A stretch of 63,556 bases of DNA, the filler included. It is 4 parts of 4 records of this genome, joined end to end, with 100 filler letters (N's around TTAATTAATTAA, not from the genome) between each part and the next. Parts side by side here need not be neighbours in the genome. Positions count along the whole stretch, not along the records: positions 1 to 29,425 come from SRR22947725_2666; 3 more parts are not named here. One strand, given 5' to 3'. Under the pieces are notes generated by a model. It ran no database searches and was not told where the DNA came from. It saw only the letters and a list, made by a program, of their open reading frames with translations. The translations under genes and the position numbers were made by a program. Position 1 is the first letter of the stretch, and every line of letters starts with the position of its first letter. Positions 1-9,913 of this stretch are shown here, in pieces.

Positions 1-591
1 GGGTATAAAGTTGGATGTACTGGACCAGGAACAACGAAGTTATTTGGGATGAAAGGGCCTATTCGGGGAACATTATTTGATACTGAAGTTCATAAAGATG
101 GTGTGGCATTGGATGCTAGATCTTTTTGTAATCTTGCAGTTGAAGCAGAAATGGGAATTAAGATAGGAGCGCAAGGGCAAATTCTATCTGTTTTTCCCGT
201 CATTGAATTGCATAATTTTATATTTAGAGGACCAAAGAAATCTTTGTCAGAATTGATTGCAAATAATGGTTTAAATAAAGGTATGGTTTTGTCAAAAAAA
301 TCTTGGGAAAAGATGCCAGAAATGTACAAAGAAAATTCTGTATTATCTCTAGAGATAAATGGTTCAGTTGTTGACAGTGGTAACCTATGGCCAATGGATG
401 GTGGGCCATTATCTTCTTTAAACTGGTTAAATGCTAATCTAGCAAAGTATGGTTTGAAATGTTGTGGTGAAAATATTATTTTAGGCGGCACAGCTTTAGG
501 CCTATATCATATAAAGCCAGGCGATACGGTTGACGTTAAGGTCAATGGCCAATCTGCTGTTAAATGTTTTGTTTCTTTATTAGCAGCATGA
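1..591 (+). CDS. 2-keto-4-pentenoate hydratase-like protein (FAH superfamily), 5'-truncated by the window edge
   Basis: Frame 1 is open from base 1 (GYKVGCTG...). It has the GYKVG, VEAE, PVIEL and LIANNGLNKG motifs of MhpD/HpaH-type hydratases. Confidence 0.75.
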   Translation, partial: GYKVGCTGPGTTKLFGMKGPIRGTLFDTEVHKDGVALDARSFCNLAVEAEMGIKIGAQGQILSVFPVIELHNFIFRGPKKSLSELIANNGLNKGMVLSKKSWEKMPEMYKENSVLSLEINGSVVDSGNLWPMDGGPLSSLNWLNANLAKYGLKCCGENIILGGTALGLYHIKPGDTVDVKVNGQSAVKCFVSLLAA

Positions 592-624
592 TTTTTTTTA
601 GAATTTTAGAATCTTGGATGATTA

Positions 625-1191
625 TTAGCGGTTTTGTGAATGATACTCTGGATTTGGTTGCATGTTAGTGGCGCTAGCAACGCGATTTGTCATATTAAAA
701 AAACCAGCAACGGAAGCAATATCCCAAATATCATGATCAGAAAAACCATTCGTTCGCAAAGCTTCACGGTCAGATTCTTGGATATTCTTACTATTTTCAG
801 TCATCAGAGCAGCAAAATCTAACATTGCCATTTGCTTTTTATTAATATTTGAACTGCGATAATTCATGACTAGCTGCTCACCTAAAATAGGATCTCCAGA
901 AAGTTTTCTTACCGCTGCACCATGTGCTGTAAGGCAATAATAGCATTTATTAATTGAAGAAACTACGACAGCAATCATTTCACGTTCTAATTTTGATAGA
1001 CCACTATCTGCTAACATCACATTGTTATATAAAGTTGTAAATGCATCAAGCTTATCAATATTAAATGCATATGCTTTTAAAACGTTAGGAACTATTCCTA
1101 ACTTTTCTTCACAAATATTAAAATATTTCTTTGTTGTGTCTGGTAAAGGATCCAACATTGGTAAATCAAGTGCGGTTGGGATATTCCTCAT
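625..1191 (-). CDS. Peroxidase-related enzyme, AhpD/carboxymuconolactone decarboxylase family
   Basis: EREMIAVVVS..N.CYYCLTAHG (CxxC) and FFNMTNR motifs. Confidence 0.85.
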   Translation of the reverse strand: MRNIPTALDLPMLDPLPDTTKKYFNICEEKLGIVPNVLKAYAFNIDKLDAFTTLYNNVMLADSGLSKLEREMIAVVVSSINKCYYCLTAHGAAVRKLSGDPILGEQLVMNYRSSNINKKQMAMLDFAALMTENSKNIQESDREALRTNGFSDHDIWDIASVAGFFNMTNRVASATNMQPNPEYHSQNR

Positions 1192-1376
1192 AAAGTTTCC
1201 TTTTAGTTTTTGTTGATATTGATTTTGAAATCATCTGATATCAAGTAGGATGATTCAAGAGGTGATACAATTTCTATAAGTCTAACTAATATGGTAAGTA
1301 TCATAAGTTTATAAAAATTGATGGACACAAATAAAATATATTTGCAGAATTGTCCTTATTATTTTGGAGTTTTAAG

Positions 1377-2024
1377 ATGAGTGCAATTTTATGTTATGGA
1401 GACAGTAATACTCACGGTACAATGCCTATTCTACCGGGTCAGCCACTGGTGCGCTATGAAAGGGGTATTCCCTGGCCTGATAAAATGAGTAATATATTGG
1501 GCACCGAGCACATAGTTATATCTGAAGGTTTGCCAGGACGAACTACAGTCCATGATGATCCAATCGGTGGAGGAATGCGTTCTGGGATTGATTTATTACC
1601 AGCAATATTAAAAAGTCATGAGCCTTTAGATTTGTTGATTATTATGTTGGGTACTAATGACCTAAAGCCTCGGTTCTTATCTTCATCTTTAGATATAGCC
1701 CAGTCTGTTGATAGAATTGTAAAGGAAAGCCAATGGTATGCACCTGGATTAGATGTAATAATTATCTCACCAGCATCTGTTATACCAAATGGTACATTAA
1801 CAGATGTTTTTTTTGGGGCAGAAATACGCCAAAAAGATTTATCTACACATTTGCAAAATATTGCATCCATAAACAAAACTGGATTCATGAATGCTGATGA
1901 TTATGTTAAAGTATCTCCAATTGATGGCGTACATTGGGATGAAGATACACATAATTCTTTTGGGATTGCAGCTGCCCAAGTCGTTTTAGATTACTTAAAT
2001 AAACGTAGAAAAATAATTACATAA
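1377..2024 (+). CDS. SGNH/GDSL hydrolase (arylesterase-like)
   Basis: GDSNT, EGLPGRTT, MLGTND and DGVH blocks. ATG at 1377 follows a GGAG ribosome-binding site. Confidence 0.85.
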   Translation: MSAILCYGDSNTHGTMPILPGQPLVRYERGIPWPDKMSNILGTEHIVISEGLPGRTTVHDDPIGGGMRSGIDLLPAILKSHEPLDLLIIMLGTNDLKPRFLSSSLDIAQSVDRIVKESQWYAPGLDVIIISPASVIPNGTLTDVFFGAEIRQKDLSTHLQNIASINKTGFMNADDYVKVSPIDGVHWDEDTHNSFGIAAAQVVLDYLNKRRKIIT

Positions 2025-2058
2025 AAATTATATATTTAAGCTTAAAGATTTTTTTTCT

Positions 2059-4092
2059 TTAAATCCTAGATTGTTTAAATTGTAAAAATAGAATTGGAAG
2101 CATAAGTACGATTCCTATGGCCATTGTCATTAATCCGGGTGCAATAAATAAGAATGATACAATTGCGACCCACCAACGTTCCCATTTCTTTAGTGGAGAT
2201 TTAAAATATCCTGAGAATGCTACACCAAGTGATGCAATGCCTAACATTGCACCAATAAGTGTTACAGTAAATAACCACCACGTAAAGCCATCTGCAACAA
2301 GCAATAATGCAGGTGAATAAACAAAAACAAAAGGCACAAGAGCTTTAGCAATCCCAAGACGGAATGCAGTGTTGCCTGTTTTGAATGGATTTGATCCTGC
2401 AATTCCAGCTGCAGCATATGCTGCTAAAGCCACTGGAGGTGTAATATCTGCTAAGACACCATAATAAAAAACAAAGAAGTGTGCCACGATTGGCTCTACA
2501 TTAAGAACTGCAAGTGCGGGCGCAGCTACTGCTACTAAAATGATATATGTTGCAGTTGTTGGGATGCCTGCACCCATAATGATACAAGAAATAGCAATCA
2601 AAATTAGAGACGTGAATAATGCCCACTGAGCCACACTAAAATAACCTAATAAAGGTAGCGAGCTCAACATTGTACCAATGTCTGTTGCTGTTTGTACAAC
2701 AACGTATCCCAAGCGAAAGCCAACCCCAGTCAATGTAACGACCCCAACAACTATACCTACTGTTGCTGCAGCTGCGCCAACTGCTAAAGTATTCTTTGCA
2801 CCAAAAGCTAGACTGCCCCATAAATCTTTAATTGAAAGTCGATGATTAGGATTAAGAAATCCGACCACGACACAGGCGATGATGCCATAAACTGCTGCAT
2901 AATCTGGGGTTTTTCCAGATAGTATCATGTACACTAAAATGATCAGTGGAATAAGGCTTAACCAATGATCTTTCAAAACCACTCCAAGTCTGGGTAATTC
3001 CTCAGAACGCAATCCACGTAGGCCTAATTTTTTAGCTTCTAAATGTACCATGATAAAAATACCAAAATAATGTAGCAAAGCAGGAAAAAGAGCTGCAGCT
3101 AAAACATCTCGTAATGGTATTTCTAGATATTCAACCATTATAAAAGCAGCGGCACCTAAAATGGGTGGAGTAATTTGACCACCAGTTGAAGATGTAGCCT
3201 CAACGGCACCTGCGAAATGCGCTGGGTAACCTACGCGTTTCATAGCTGGAATAGTTAGTGCGCCTGTTGTTACAGTATTTGCAATTGATGAGCCGGATAT
3301 TGTTCCCATGAATGCACTAGAAAAAATAGCTACTTTAGCTGGGCCACCAGAATAACGACCAGCAATTACCATTGCCATATCAATAAATAATTGCCCTAAC
3401 CCAATTCTAGTAGCTAAAACACCAAATAAAATAAAAAGGAAAACATATTGTGCCATTACGCCAATTGCGATTCCATAAATGCCTTGGTTTGTCATATATA
3501 AATGATTGACAATGCCAAGCCACGAAGATCCACCATGCTTCAAGGCTCCAGGCATTATAGGTCCAAAGTAAGCAAACCCAATGAAAGCTAAACCTATAAT
3601 TGGAAGCGTTGGCCCAACGCTGCGTCTTGCAGCTTCAAGTGTAAGCAAAAGTAAAGCAGAGCCCATGAAAACATCAAATTGTGATGGGTTCCCGACACGT
3701 TGCGCTAATGCTGATGCTGGCAGAAGTGGTAAATACATTGATGCAACAACTGCTAAAAATGCAAAAATTATGTCAATTAATGGAATGCCATCAAATCTAT
3801 ACCAAGCTTTAGGAGGTAAACTATCGCTTGTTTTGCGAACGCCAAATAATAAAAATACTAACCCAAGAACAAATGATAAATGTATACCACGATGCACCAA
3901 TTCACGCACTAAGCCAAAACCAGAAGCATAGAAGTGATAAACAGACATTAATACTAAGATAAAGCTAATCACATAACCAAGTAATTTACCTGTATTGCGA
4001 AATGCTGTTTCAGGATCAAATTTACGCTCAATTTCAGCTAACTGCTCAGGTGTAAGCTCAGGTGTTGTATCTGTAGGCATGATAAATTCCAT
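2059..4092 (-). CDS. TRAP transporter fused 4TM/12TM permease (TAXI-associated)
   Basis: Many TM segments, with GGPAKVAI, GTISGSSIAN, STGGQITPP and ADITPPVALAAYAAA motifs. Confidence 0.9.
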   Translation of the reverse strand: MEFIMPTDTTPELTPEQLAEIERKFDPETAFRNTGKLLGYVISFILVLMSVYHFYASGFGLVRELVHRGIHLSFVLGLVFLLFGVRKTSDSLPPKAWYRFDGIPLIDIIFAFLAVVASMYLPLLPASALAQRVGNPSQFDVFMGSALLLLTLEAARRSVGPTLPIIGLAFIGFAYFGPIMPGALKHGGSSWLGIVNHLYMTNQGIYGIAIGVMAQYVFLFILFGVLATRIGLGQLFIDMAMVIAGRYSGGPAKVAIFSSAFMGTISGSSIANTVTTGALTIPAMKRVGYPAHFAGAVEATSSTGGQITPPILGAAAFIMVEYLEIPLRDVLAAALFPALLHYFGIFIMVHLEAKKLGLRGLRSEELPRLGVVLKDHWLSLIPLIILVYMILSGKTPDYAAVYGIIACVVVGFLNPNHRLSIKDLWGSLAFGAKNTLAVGAAAATVGIVVGVVTLTGVGFRLGYVVVQTATDIGTMLSSLPLLGYFSVAQWALFTSLILIAISCIIMGAGIPTTATYIILVAVAAPALAVLNVEPIVAHFFVFYYGVLADITPPVALAAYAAAGIAGSNPFKTGNTAFRLGIAKALVPFVFVYSPALLLVADGFTWWLFTVTLIGAMLGIASLGVAFSGYFKSPLKKWERWWVAIVSFLFIAPGLMTMAIGIVLMLPILFLQFKQSRI

Positions 4093-4100
4093 ATCAGTAT

Positions 4101-4137
4101 AAATAAAACAGCCTCAGGCGTATAAAACACCTGAGGC
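4101..4137 (-). terminator. Intercistronic stem-loop followed by a U-rich tract, between the TAXI binding-protein gene and the permease gene
   Basis: Minus strand reads GCCTCAGGTG-TTTTATA-CGCCTGAGGC-TGTTTTATTT. Confidence 0.6.
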
Positions 4138-4159
4138 ATATGTAGTTTTTTTAAATGAT

Positions 4160-5164
4160 CTATTTAATCAAACCAACTTCACGATAAAATCGCTCTGCAC
4201 CAGCATGTAAAGGTACGCCTACGCCAGCTAATGCTGTATCAGGAGTTATAGTCTTACCTTTTGCATGGCCAACATCAAGTAATTTACGGGACTCTTTGTT
4301 CCATAATGCTTTAGTGATGTTGTAAATCAACTCATCATCTTCTGAAGCAGAAGTGAACCATTGTGCGCCAACAGATACTGTTGAAGTTGCGGCAACACCT
4401 TCATAGGTTCCATCAGGAATATCTGAAGATGCAAAGAAGCCGTACTTTTCAGTTAATGCATTAGCACCTGCTCCATCAATCGGTACAAGTTTAATGTCTG
4501 CAGCTGATGCTAATTCAACCAAAGAACCAGTTGGATAACCAGCAACTACAAAGAATGCATCAATTTTACCATTACGTAATGCTTCTGCAGCTGCGCCACC
4601 TTTAAGTGCTTCTGCAGTTAAATCAGAAGCTGATAGGCCATTAGATTCAAGAATAAGGTTTGCATCAACGTATGTACCAGATCCTGGCTCATCCAATGAA
4701 ACTCTTTTACCAGCTAAATCAGCAACGGAGTTTATGCCACTGTCAGCTAAAGCTACAAGATGTATATGCTCTTCGAATAAGGCTGCAATTGTGCGGAGTT
4801 CTGTAGCAGGTTTGCTACCTTCCATAGTCCCTGTACCTGTATAAGCCCAATAAGCCACGTCAGATTGTGCAAAGCCTGAATTACGTAAACCAGAAATAAT
4901 TGCGTTAACATTATCAACAGAGCCACGTGAAGATACAGCTGATGCTATTAAGCCATCTACGCCACAAGATCCGCCTTTACCACATTCGCGTGACCCTGGA
5001 GGTTTTGAAATTGCATTGGCAATTACACCACCAACTGGGTAGTAAGTATAAGCTGTGCCACCTGTTCCGATTGTGAAAAAGTTTATATCTTGCGCAGATG
5101 CGTTTCCACTAAAGCCAAGTGCTAGTATAGCACTTAAGGCAGCTGTTTTAAATAATTTTATCAT
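4160..5164 (-). CDS. TAXI-family TRAP solute-binding protein
   Basis: Signal peptide, plus IGTGGTAYTYYPVG, SRGSVDN, QSDV and PLHAGAERFY motifs. Confidence 0.9.
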   Translation of the reverse strand: MIKLFKTAALSAILALGFSGNASAQDINFFTIGTGGTAYTYYPVGGVIANAISKPPGSRECGKGGSCGVDGLIASAVSSRGSVDNVNAIISGLRNSGFAQSDVAYWAYTGTGTMEGSKPATELRTIAALFEEHIHLVALADSGINSVADLAGKRVSLDEPGSGTYVDANLILESNGLSASDLTAEALKGGAAAEALRNGKIDAFFVVAGYPTGSLVELASAADIKLVPIDGAGANALTEKYGFFASSDIPDGTYEGVAATSTVSVGAQWFTSASEDDELIYNITKALWNKESRKLLDVGHAKGKTITPDTALAGVGVPLHAGAERFYREVGLIK

Positions 5165-5286
5165 TTTTTCCCCTTTTTTGGTTTATGTTCTCTAAAAAAA
5201 TTCAATTGGTTTTAAAGAGTATCAAGTTAATTATTAATTCAAACATAACCAACTCTATAAATTAAATTACTTACATTGAGTATATT

Positions 5287-5325
5287 ATACAACTGTATAA
5301 AATCTTGTTTTTAATACAGTTGTAT
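5287..5325. promoter_or_regulatory. Perfect 12-bp inverted repeat, candidate operator in the divergent intergenic region
   Basis: ATACAACTGTAT (5287-5298), 15-nt spacer, ATACAGTTGTAT (5314-5325). Confidence 0.45.
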
Positions 5326-5562
5326 TATACTATTATTGAAGGATCCGGTAATGTAAAATCTATGCTTTCTTTTGTTCGATCCATTACAACTGATGCCTTA
5401 AAGCGTTTGATATCAATGGGCCATTTATATTTTATATTCTAATTTATATTGAGGATTCTTAATCTATTAAAATTGTTTATGTATTCATTTCTAGAATAAA
5501 TTTTTCTAATCAACATCAAAGAATTAAGTTGGCTGTAAATATATTTTAATTGGAATAGATAA

Positions 5563-5886
5563 ATGAATAGAAATGAATTTCATTTAAAATTTGGTAATGA
5601 TAGGCCAATTGTTTGCCCTGTTATCCATGTATTGGATCATGAGCAAACTAAACGGAATATTTTGATTTCAATTGAATGTGGATGCCCAGGAGTTTTTCTT
5701 ATTAATCATGATTTTGAAAAAGAAAAATTAATACCAATTATAAAAAGTATTCGAACTGAATTTCAAGATTATTGGATTGGAATTAATTTTCTTGCAGTAA
5801 CTGGAGAGTTTGCTTTTCCTATTTTGGGTGCTCTCCAAGCTGAGGGTGTCTTTATCGATGGGTATTGGGCTGATGATGCCTGTTAA
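5563..5886 (+). pseudogene. N-terminal fragment of a BtpA/SgcQ-like TIM-barrel protein
   Basis: PVIHVLD, GVFLINHDF, GINFL and DGYWADDA, then an abrupt stop at 107 aa. Confidence 0.55.
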
Positions 5887-6181
5887 ATCACCCTCTAAAG
5901 GAGTGTCTGGTTTTTGGGAAGAATTTGAAGCTCAATATGACGCTGGTGGGTTTTTCATGATGATTTTACATCCATTCCTTACTGGAAGATTAGCACGATG
6001 GAAGCAAGTTGAGGCTTGGATAGAAAAAACTTTGTTGGAGAGAAATGTATGGTTTGCTACATTAGATGAGATAGCTGATCATATGGATAAATTGGTTGAA
6101 AAAAATATTTGGAAACCTAGTGTTGAAAAATTACCATATTATTCCAATCCAGTACTTAACAAAAAGGATAATCATTCATGA
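5873..6181 (+). pseudogene. C-terminal fragment of a polysaccharide deacetylase (PuuE/HpPgdA-like)
   Basis: WEEFEAQY..GGFFMMILHPFLTGR..R and VWFATLDEIA are C-terminal motifs. The N-terminal catalytic/metal motifs are missing. Confidence 0.6.
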
Positions 6182-6621
6182 ACAATGATGACAAACGTTT
6201 GCTACGAATAGCTTATGAAGAAGCAAAGTTAGGATTTGATGAAGGAGGCTGCCCTATTGGTTCTGTATTGGCTCGAGGAAATGAAGTGATTTCCCAAGGA
6301 CGAAACCAGCGCGTGCAAAAAGGTGACCCCATCGCACATGGAGAGATGGATGCATTACGTAAGGCTGGTCGACAGAAAACTTATCTTGATACAACACTTT
6401 ATACATCATTGAGTCCATGTATGATGTGTACTGGGACTATACTTCAGTTTGGCATACCGAGAGTCGTTATTGGTGAAAATAAAAACTTTGGGGGCAATGA
6501 GGATTTCTTACGTTCTAAAGGTGTAGAAGTTGTAATAGCTGATGACATAGATTGTATTAATTTAATGGCAAAGTTCATTAATGAAAAACCAGAACTTTGG
6601 GCTGAAGATATAGCAGAGTAA
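6178..6621 (+). CDS. Cytosine/nucleoside deaminase (CDA fold, resembles yeast Fcy1)
   Basis: AHGEMDAL and SPCMMC zinc motifs, GRNQRVQ, and C-terminal PELWAEDI. Confidence 0.85.
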   Translation: MNNDDKRLLRIAYEEAKLGFDEGGCPIGSVLARGNEVISQGRNQRVQKGDPIAHGEMDALRKAGRQKTYLDTTLYTSLSPCMMCTGTILQFGIPRVVIGENKNFGGNEDFLRSKGVEVVIADDIDCINLMAKFINEKPELWAEDIAE

Positions 6622-6930
6622 TCAGATACTTAACTATATTTATAATTATAATCTGTTCTTTTACAAATGCCGACATTTCTATACTACTTTTCGTAGTATT
6701 TAAACATTATGAAAAGTATGAAGTATTAAAAAAAATTCCTGTGTTAGGTGCACTATAAAAATCAGCACTGACAATTAACTAAATTCTTATTTCAAAAAAT
6801 AAAGAATATGTCGCCACTAGACTTTTTGATGGCGAATTTACAGATTATTCAGTGACTTATTGAGATACTTTATCATTAAATAGGTGCTAGATAATTATTT
6901 AAGCACACATGCATATAGGGTATTTTATAT

Positions 6931-7818
6931 TTGAAAAAACTAAAACCAATTGAGGTGCTAATGGCCTTGACCGTTCCTCTGGTTTGGGGGATGGGGTTGG
7001 TTGTTGCTAAAGGTGCTATTGATCATTTCCCCCCAATCTTATTGATGGCTTTAAGGTTTAGTTTAACTGCATTTGTTTTGGTTTGGTTTGTACCTATTCC
7101 AAAGAAACACTTAATTAATTTATTTGGAATTGCTATTATAGCCGCTGCTATTCAATACAGCTTAACTTTCACTGGACTAAAGGGCTTAGATGCTGGAGTA
7201 GCTGCATTGATTGTTCAGTTAGAAGTGCCATTCCTAGTTATATTAGGGATTATCTTTTTAAAAGAAAAAGCAGAGTGGAAAACATTCATTGGAATTGCTT
7301 TGGCATTTATAGGCGTAGGAATAATGACGCAACAAAATGAAATACGGGTAAACATAGGATATGTTGCACTTGTTGTTTTGGGTGGTTTGGCATGGGCAGT
7401 AGGTCAAATTCTTATCCGAAAATTGGTAGACATCAAAGTAATGCAAGTAACCGCTTGGGTTGCGGTATTTGCTGTTCCACAACTATTTGCAATGTCAGCA
7501 ATATTCGAAAATGGTCAAATAGAAGCAATACAAGGGGCTTCTCAATTGGTTTGGTGGGCGGTCATATATTTGGGATTAGTAATGACTGCACTAGGATACT
7601 TTCTTTGGAATAGTTTAATTCGCAATCATGATGTAGGCAAAGTTGCTCCCTTTTTATTATTGCTGCCAGTGTTTTCTTTAACTGGTGGCATTATTTTTCT
7701 TGGAGAGAGCCCAACGCTTCCAATGATTTTTGGTGGGTTAATTATTTTATTTGGTGTAGGATTAATTACTATTCCTAATTCATTTTTTAATTTGATAATA
7801 AAATATTTCTACAAATAA
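6931..7818 (+). CDS. EamA/DMT family transporter
   Basis: About 10 TM helices in two EamA repeats (FPPILLMALRF, GLKGLDAG, FLGE). Confidence 0.85.
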   Translation: MKKLKPIEVLMALTVPLVWGMGLVVAKGAIDHFPPILLMALRFSLTAFVLVWFVPIPKKHLINLFGIAIIAAAIQYSLTFTGLKGLDAGVAALIVQLEVPFLVILGIIFLKEKAEWKTFIGIALAFIGVGIMTQQNEIRVNIGYVALVVLGGLAWAVGQILIRKLVDIKVMQVTAWVAVFAVPQLFAMSAIFENGQIEAIQGASQLVWWAVIYLGLVMTALGYFLWNSLIRNHDVGKVAPFLLLLPVFSLTGGIIFLGESPTLPMIFGGLIILFGVGLITIPNSFFNLIIKYFYK

Positions 7819-7819
7819 T

Positions 7820-8296
7820 TTATTGTATCATAGCGAGTTCTTGAAAAATTAAATCGACATCAGATATTGGAGTCTGTTCTAAATGAATTTTTCGTAGCCC
7901 ATCCAAAAATGTGTCTATTAGATCTTTATCCCCATTAAGGTAATTTTCTATCGGCTTAATAAATAATTCGCTTGGTTGATCATATTCATCTGCCCAATGT
8001 GCCATATTAAATATGATTGGCATAAAGGTAATAGCTGCTTCTGTAAGGCAATATATTTTTTTTTGGGAGTGCGATTTGTCTTTCCTGACATTTAGAAGCT
8101 TAATATCTAGAAGACGATTCAATTTTTTAGCTAGTGTTGAAGATGAAATTCCTTCAAGGTTTTTTCTCAATAATACATTATATGTTTGTCGGTTAAATAA
8201 AGCTATGTCTCGAAGTATGATGATAGACCATTTATCACCTATTAAATCAGCGGCCAGGCCAATAGGACACATTCTATCATTTGGTGATAATAACAT
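7820..8296 (-). CDS. HxlR/DUF24 family winged-helix regulator with N-terminal Cys
   Basis: CPIGLAADLIGDKWSIIILRD, EGISSSTL and YCLTE motifs. Confidence 0.85.
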   Translation of the reverse strand: MLLSPNDRMCPIGLAADLIGDKWSIIILRDIALFNRQTYNVLLRKNLEGISSSTLAKKLNRLLDIKLLNVRKDKSHSQKKIYCLTEAAITFMPIIFNMAHWADEYDQPSELFIKPIENYLNGDKDLIDTFLDGLRKIHLEQTPISDVDLIFQELAMIQ

Positions 8297-8439
8297 TCTA
8301 AAAATCCACTCTGATTGTTAAACTGGTTCAAAAATAAGAGTATACATTTGAAATAGAATATCAAATAATTAATCGTGATATGACTAAAATAAAATATTAC
8401 AAACAATGGTTTCAATAAAATTAATAATGGAGAGTTAAT

Positions 8440-8721
8440 ATGATAGTTAAGCTAACGCAAGATTTAGCCAGAGGATTTGCACCTTGGAAAGAAATGTATT
8501 TTGAAAATAAAGCTGAGCTTGAAGCTATTGGCGGTAAGTTGATTTATGCGGGTTCTGAGAAAGATAATGATAACACAATGTTAGTTTTAATTGACTTTGA
8601 ATCACCTGAAGCAATGAAGGCTTTTGCTGGACATGAAGAGATGAAAGCAAAAAGGGCAGCAGCTGGTGCTTTACTAGAAACAACTCAAGTCACTGTAATG
8701 AGTGACGAGTCTTTTACATAA
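8440..8721 (+). CDS. Small dimeric alpha-beta barrel-like protein (DUF3764-like)
   Basis: Follows a GGAG RBS. The F..WK.....N and FESPEAMKAF pattern suggests a ferredoxin-like/ABM-type fold (inference). Confidence 0.55.
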   Translation: MIVKLTQDLARGFAPWKEMYFENKAELEAIGGKLIYAGSEKDNDNTMLVLIDFESPEAMKAFAGHEEMKAKRAAAGALLETTQVTVMSDESFT

Positions 8722-8737
8722 AACCAAGAAAGGAAAT

Positions 8738-9070
8738 ATGATGTCAATTCACGATAAATTAAACGCTTCAATGGATAGCCGCGATGTGAGTTCTTATTTG
8801 GATTTAATTCATGATGATTTTGTGGTAGTTTTTCATAAATCAGGTAATCAGTTTTCCAAATCAGAATGGTCTGAAATGGTTACTGGAATGATGGCTAATG
8901 ATAAGTTTGTTCAAGAGTCATCTAGGTGCGTTTATGAAAATGATGATATACTGGTTAGTCATGGCCTAATGTCTTATCCAGACGGATCAAGAGAAGCAGT
9001 TATGTTGGTAGCAATGTTAAAAGATGGCAAAATAATCCGAATGGAAACTGGGGCAACAACATTAGAATAA
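8738..9070 (+). CDS. NTF2/SnoaL-like small protein
   Basis: AGGA RBS before the ATG at 8738. LIHDDF, RCVYENDDILV and KDGKIIRMETGAT are SnoaL-like patterns. Confidence 0.7.
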   Translation: MMSIHDKLNASMDSRDVSSYLDLIHDDFVVVFHKSGNQFSKSEWSEMVTGMMANDKFVQESSRCVYENDDILVSHGLMSYPDGSREAVMLVAMLKDGKIIRMETGATTLE

Positions 9071-9082
9071 AGGAGAATTAAA

Positions 9083-9436
9083 ATGGCTTCTATAGAAGTA
9101 AAAAACTTTGCAAATGATGCAGATGAAGTAAGCACGCCAAATAATGCTAGGGTAGAAACTGTAAATATTGGTGGTCAAAAGGTAATGAAATTAACTATCC
9201 AGCCTGGCTGGAAATGGTCTGATGATATTAAACCACTTGTTGGAACTGATAGCTGTAAGGCAAAACATTTGGGCGTAATAGTTGAAGGATCAATAACCTG
9301 CCAACATGATGATGGGACTCAAGTCACTTATTCAGCTGGAGATGCTTACGCTATAGATCCGGGACATGATGCTTGGATTGAAGGAGATACTCCTGCAGTT
9401 GCTTATGAGTTTCACGGTGCCTGGGGTGACCAATAA
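9083..9436 (+). CDS. Cupin domain protein
   Basis: QPGWKWS..IKP.VGTDSC...HLG and AGDAY.I.PGHDAW cupin motifs, with an AAGGAG RBS. Confidence 0.8.
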   Translation: MASIEVKNFANDADEVSTPNNARVETVNIGGQKVMKLTIQPGWKWSDDIKPLVGTDSCKAKHLGVIVEGSITCQHDDGTQVTYSAGDAYAIDPGHDAWIEGDTPAVAYEFHGAWGDQ

Positions 9437-9473
9437 AACTTTAAGCCACTAACCAATAAAAAAGGAAGATATT

Positions 9474-9743
9474 ATGTTTGCAACTTTCACTGATTGGGAG
9501 TTCGAAGATATGGATGGTGCTCCAGATATTGCTCGAGGCATGTGGCCTATGATGCAAGCAGCAGGTGCCACTAATTTTAAGGCAACTCAAACAGGAGAAA
9601 ACACGGTTAGAACAATGTTAACGTGGCCAGATGCTGAAACTGCACAAGCAGCTATTGAAAGAATGAGAGCCACTGCTTTAGAAAAAATGCCAGGCAAAGT
9701 TATAAGCACATCTGCTGGAGTTTTAATGGTAGATTTAAATTAA
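9474..9743 (+). CDS. Small hypothetical protein, probable dimeric alpha-beta barrel
   Basis: AGGAAG RBS and a TWPDAETAQAA pattern as seen in ABM-like barrels (inference). Confidence 0.55.
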   Translation: MFATFTDWEFEDMDGAPDIARGMWPMMQAAGATNFKATQTGENTVRTMLTWPDAETAQAAIERMRATALEKMPGKVISTSAGVLMVDLN

Positions 9744-9768
9744 TTTTTGATTAGTTAATTTATATTTA

Positions 9769-9803
9769 GAATGGGCAATTTTGATTGCCCATTCAATTAT
9801 TTT
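9769..9803 (+). terminator. Intrinsic terminator closing the small-protein operon
   Basis: GAATGGGCAAT-TTTG-ATTGCCCATTC is an 11-bp stem, followed by AATTATTTTT. Confidence 0.7.
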
Positions 9804-9913
9804 TGAGCAATAATTTTAATATTCTAAGAAATATTAAGAATATACGCTCCTACTAGACACCTTTTTTTGAAGTGTTATTGTAAATTAATTCAATAACAAA
9901 AAAGGTTTAAAGA

